A stretch of 64,000 bases of DNA, taken from NCBI GenBank assembly GCA_000708835.1, contig DF237025.1:93667-157666 (forward strand). Reading direction: 5' to 3'. The stretch is from Klebsormidium nitens. Taxonomy: Eukaryota > Plantae > Klebsormidiophyceae. A program made the translations under genes and the position numbers. A model generated the notes under the pieces. That model did not search any database and was not told the origin of the DNA. It saw only the letters and a program-made list of their open reading frames with translations. Positions within the stretch are counted from its first letter, which is position 1. Every line of letters starts with the position of its first letter. Shown in pieces: positions 60,501 to 64,000 of the stretch.

Positions 60501-61941
60501 TGCCTCTGCTCTGCTTTCAGAGATGTGAAGCCGTCGAACATTCTTTTGGACGACGAGCTGGAGGCGAAAGTAGCCGACTTTGGCCTGGCGAAGTTCTCGA
60601 AAGAAGACGAGACACACATATCGACAGGTAAAGTGCCTTCTAGCTAAGGCTATTCATAGTTTCTGTTGGCTCAACCCCTTCCGCTGTAGGATGTATCGCC
60701 TACTTTTGTATATCATGCTTTTATTCCGCTCATTACGACCTGTCTGCTTTCACATCTGGATTGCGAGTAGCTCTCTAGCACTTGCTGCTATTTCCTAACG
60801 TGGCCGCTTCGATTTGCAGGGGTCCGCGGCACTTGGGGCTATATAAGTCCCGAGTACGTCAGCACGGGGCAAGTCACTGATAAGAGTGACGTGTATAGCT
60901 TTGGAGTTGTGCTGCTGTCGCTTGTAACGGGACGGCGGCCAATGGACACTACGGAGAGGTCAAACGAGCCGGTGAGCATGGGATTAGAACGTATATCCTT
61001 TGTCTTACGAGCTTTGCCGCGCTTCAATTAATCTCTTTGCTATTGCAACTTCTGCAGATCCGACTGCAAGGCTTTTCTCAACACATGATTGTAGCAGTCA
61101 GAAGAGGATTATATTCTTACGCCTGGCTTTCGGAGCCAGGACCTCTAAAAAGGATTCAAAAGCTGCATTCGTTCATCACCGCGGGTCAATTTCCGGACGG
61201 CACTCCACTTCGCCAACGTTTTTTAAGCAAGCAGGAAAACACCGTTGTCACTGCTGCAGACGTTTCTGACCGAGTGGGCCTGGGACATGGCTGAGATGGG
61301 TAGCTACCTATCGTTGGTGGACCCAGGCCTGGCACAAGACCTGCCCGAACACGAAGCAAGCATACTTGTAGCCATCAAGGTGAGCAATTTTGGGTGATCT
61401 TTGAGAAAGAAGGAGCAACGGCACTTTACGGTCTAGCCCTGAGCTCTTTGGAAAGCAGTACTTGCTTGGTCTCTACCACTCGATGATCCACGCTAGAAGC
61501 GAAGTCATGGAGTGGCAGGCTTGAAGACCTGATCGAAATTGTCGAAAAGCAGCTTTTGAAGACCATGAATTGGCTAGGGCTTTCAGTAATGTGCCGACGT
61601 TTAGCATCGGCCGTATGTCGAGCATGTTCAACGAACCCCTTGCGTAAGACTCTGCTGCGCCGTTTACCCAAGGTACGGCCAACGATCAGGCCATCACGTG
61701 TTTGCAGGTTGGCTTAATGTGCGTCCACACAGTGATAAGCCAAAGGCCAAGCATGCAAGAGTGCGTCGCAATGTTGTCGATGCAAGCCAGGGTCCCTGAG
61801 TTGCCAAGAAGACCCCTCACATTCTTTTCGTCTCAGTCGGAAAGGACGGATGAAGCAGGCTCTTTCGTAAGCTTAGCTACTAGAGGCTCTACGAGTCGAA
61901 GCGACTCCACGCCTTCATGGCTGGAATTGAGCTTGTCGTGA
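57504..61941 (+). CDS. Receptor-like Ser/Thr kinase (RLK/Pelle) with 12-Cys SPARK-like ectodomain and one TM helix
   Basis: Exons 57526 (or ATG 57504)-57682, 58112-58223 (GC donor), 58623-59411, 59857-60108, 60342-60367 (26-nt micro-exon), 60521-60627, 60820-60971, 61260-61379, 61708-61941 are in frame. TM: [25 protein letters not shown]. Kinase motifs: [66 protein letters not shown]. Confidence 0.93.
59724..59760 (+). repeat. Short interstitial telomere-like (TTTTAGG/TTTTAGGG) array in an RLK intron
   Basis: Sequence ttttagggttttaggttttacgcttttaggttttagg. Confidence 0.75.
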
Positions 61942-64000
61942 AGGCGCAACGAAGCGGCCGCGAGCTGGTAAGGGAGCTTGACTTCTGCAGGTAGGACGCG
62001 GTGCTTGCTCCCGTAGCGTGAAGGTACGAAAGGTGATTGCTTGCCTCAGCAGGTATGCTTTGACAGAACGTTCGATTGCGCTAGATCTAGGACATCGACA
62101 ACTGGTTGTTATATTGAGAAAGGAAGACAAAAGGATTGCTTGGTACCGATTGGTACCGATCGAAATATGTGTACATCAGCAAGGTTTTGACTTCACCATT
62201 AAACAGAAATCTACCCTTTGGAGCTTTGCGAAGCCTCCATGAATCAACGTTGGTGCACAAGATACACAAAACGCCTCACAGCGCCATTGCTGTATAGCGC
62301 CAGCGCGTGTGGCCAAGATACGATGATTGTGGTTCACATGTTTGATCGACGGTGAGCTGTGTGCTTGCTAGCTGCTAGTCGAGATCGGATAGAATGATGA
62401 CTCCAGTTTGTTAATCGTTGGAATTCTACATACGTGCTCATGTCAGTGCATACGTATCACCAATAGCGCCCCTGAAACTTCACATGCGGCCTTGCTTACT
62501 CAAGGTTTATAGGTTATGCATGTATCCGCAAAGCCCGGAGCTAGATCTGGAACATGGTTTCTCTGTGGCCGCTTGTTGTGCACTAGTCGATCAGCATGGA
62601 CGCAGATCAATCCTGACATTCTTGGTGACGTATACTTCGATGACACGCGCCCACGCACCGCGAGCTAGTTCATGCACGCTAGGTCCTTTGCTAGCTCATG
62701 TTGGATCCTAGTATTGCAATATATATTTCAGAGTCGTTTCTGCTGCTATCAGCATGTACAAGTGCAGTGATCAGATTAGCGTTGACCGACCGTCCTGCAT
62801 GCATGACATCCAATACTGTCGGTCAAAATTCGAATCGTGATCAACAGGTCTGGCGAACATGCTATGATGCATTCAAGCTCGTTGCATTCATCCGGCTACC
62901 GCAACAAGTCGAGCTCGGACCTAGGATGGCCAGGCAGCCCCACGCTCCATGCAATTGGTGAGCGGGCCTGCCCTACAGACTGTGCACCCCATACGTGCTG
63001 ACCCACCATCAATGGTAAGCTTTGGTCAAAGTCGGGCCCTTAATCTTTTGCAGGACGTACCAGGGGGGACTTTTCCCACTGTTTCAACATGCATTATGAG
63101 GGGCTTTGACATAGAGGATCGAGTGAGGGGCTTTGATATACATGGAAAATCGACAAAGACGGATTTTAGGTTGACATTGATTCAGCAGATCCTTGAGGTT
63201 GTTCAATCGTCAGCAGAGTGTCTACGTAAGTACAACTCTGCTTTCTTAGCAAGCAAATATTGACTGGTTGACCTACTTGCTCCTTATGCGATAATAAGAC
63301 AAGCTCAGCTCGACAAAGCAATAGGCAAAGCGCCAAGGTGGATTGGTAACGATATATATATTGAAGCCCAGTGTACACTACTTATCCTTGCTTTGAATTA
63401 ACTTATGCGGCTCGATCGAGTCGCAAAAGCGATAATCGTCGGCACTAGCCGTTCACTTTGTGAAGTCAAAGAGAGATTGACACGTCAACCATCACCGCTT
63501 CTTTCTCAACTTGGACCGTTCATACGACATGCTCCGGATGACGTACGCTCGGGCCCAGCTCTCTGAGGCGCCTTGCGTCACCAGCGCCTACGGAGGCCAG
63601 AAAATAGCGTATGTTATTATACGAGCAAGAAGAGTAGACAAGAGACCATATCTTCCCCGCAGTCAGCAATTTCCCAGCAGCTTTTCAGAGAAGAGGTTTT
63701 CGAATCTGACCAGGCTTCATGAGTTGAGACAATCCAGTAAGCAGAACCTTCCGAAAAATGCGTCGAGGACACGAGAAGCCCCGCCGGTTTGGGGAGCCAG
63801 TCAAATCTGGGAGCCAGTCAGAGAAACTACTGTAGTCACGAGGTATCATGCCTGTTACACGACCCTCACAAAAACAATGATCTAGGAACAGATTGTTCAG
63901 AGAACAACCTTGTGAGCTTTTGACTAATTCGGTCAGCGAATCAGACAGAAGGAAAACATTCAGCAGAATTTGGAGCAAGGAACGACCCTGCTCACGGCGA

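Noticed and set aside
1-64000. rRNA, tRNA or structured ncRNA genes
   Set aside because: None recognised by eye; a tRNAscan-SE/Infernal run would be needed to exclude them.

Overview
Eukaryotic, intron-rich genomic DNA. The gene content suggests a flagellate-capable streptophyte alga, most likely Klebsormidium-like (inference: plant-type AMT2, MMT and RLK/Pelle kinase together with IFT88). It contains one 663-N assembly gap (22140-22802). Genes were reconstructed by hand from splice signals and frame continuity: two inverted AMT2 ammonium transporter paralogs (791-3809 +, 20704-26826 -), a TM+C2-domain gene, an At3g27390-like membrane protein, methionine S-methyltransferase (MMT, 15 exons), FAM136A, IFT88 (12 exons), two intronless divergent BTB/POZ paralogs, a kelch + coiled-coil protein and a SPARK-ectodomain receptor kinase. 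A decayed Mutator-like transposase is also present. The most striking feature is intronic: in five genes, introns carry series of 'exon echoes'. These are copies of the 3' splice site plus the first ~5-110 nt of the next exon, spaced ~50-180 nt apart, up to ~6 per intron, and generally more decayed with distance from the real exon. Mirror-image donor-side echoes also occur. Other highlights: the MMT C-terminal domain keeps a complete PLP aminotransferase motif set including the Schiff-base Lys, and the RLK appears to have (or have had) two tandem SPARK domains. All family calls are from recalled motifs; no database search was run.
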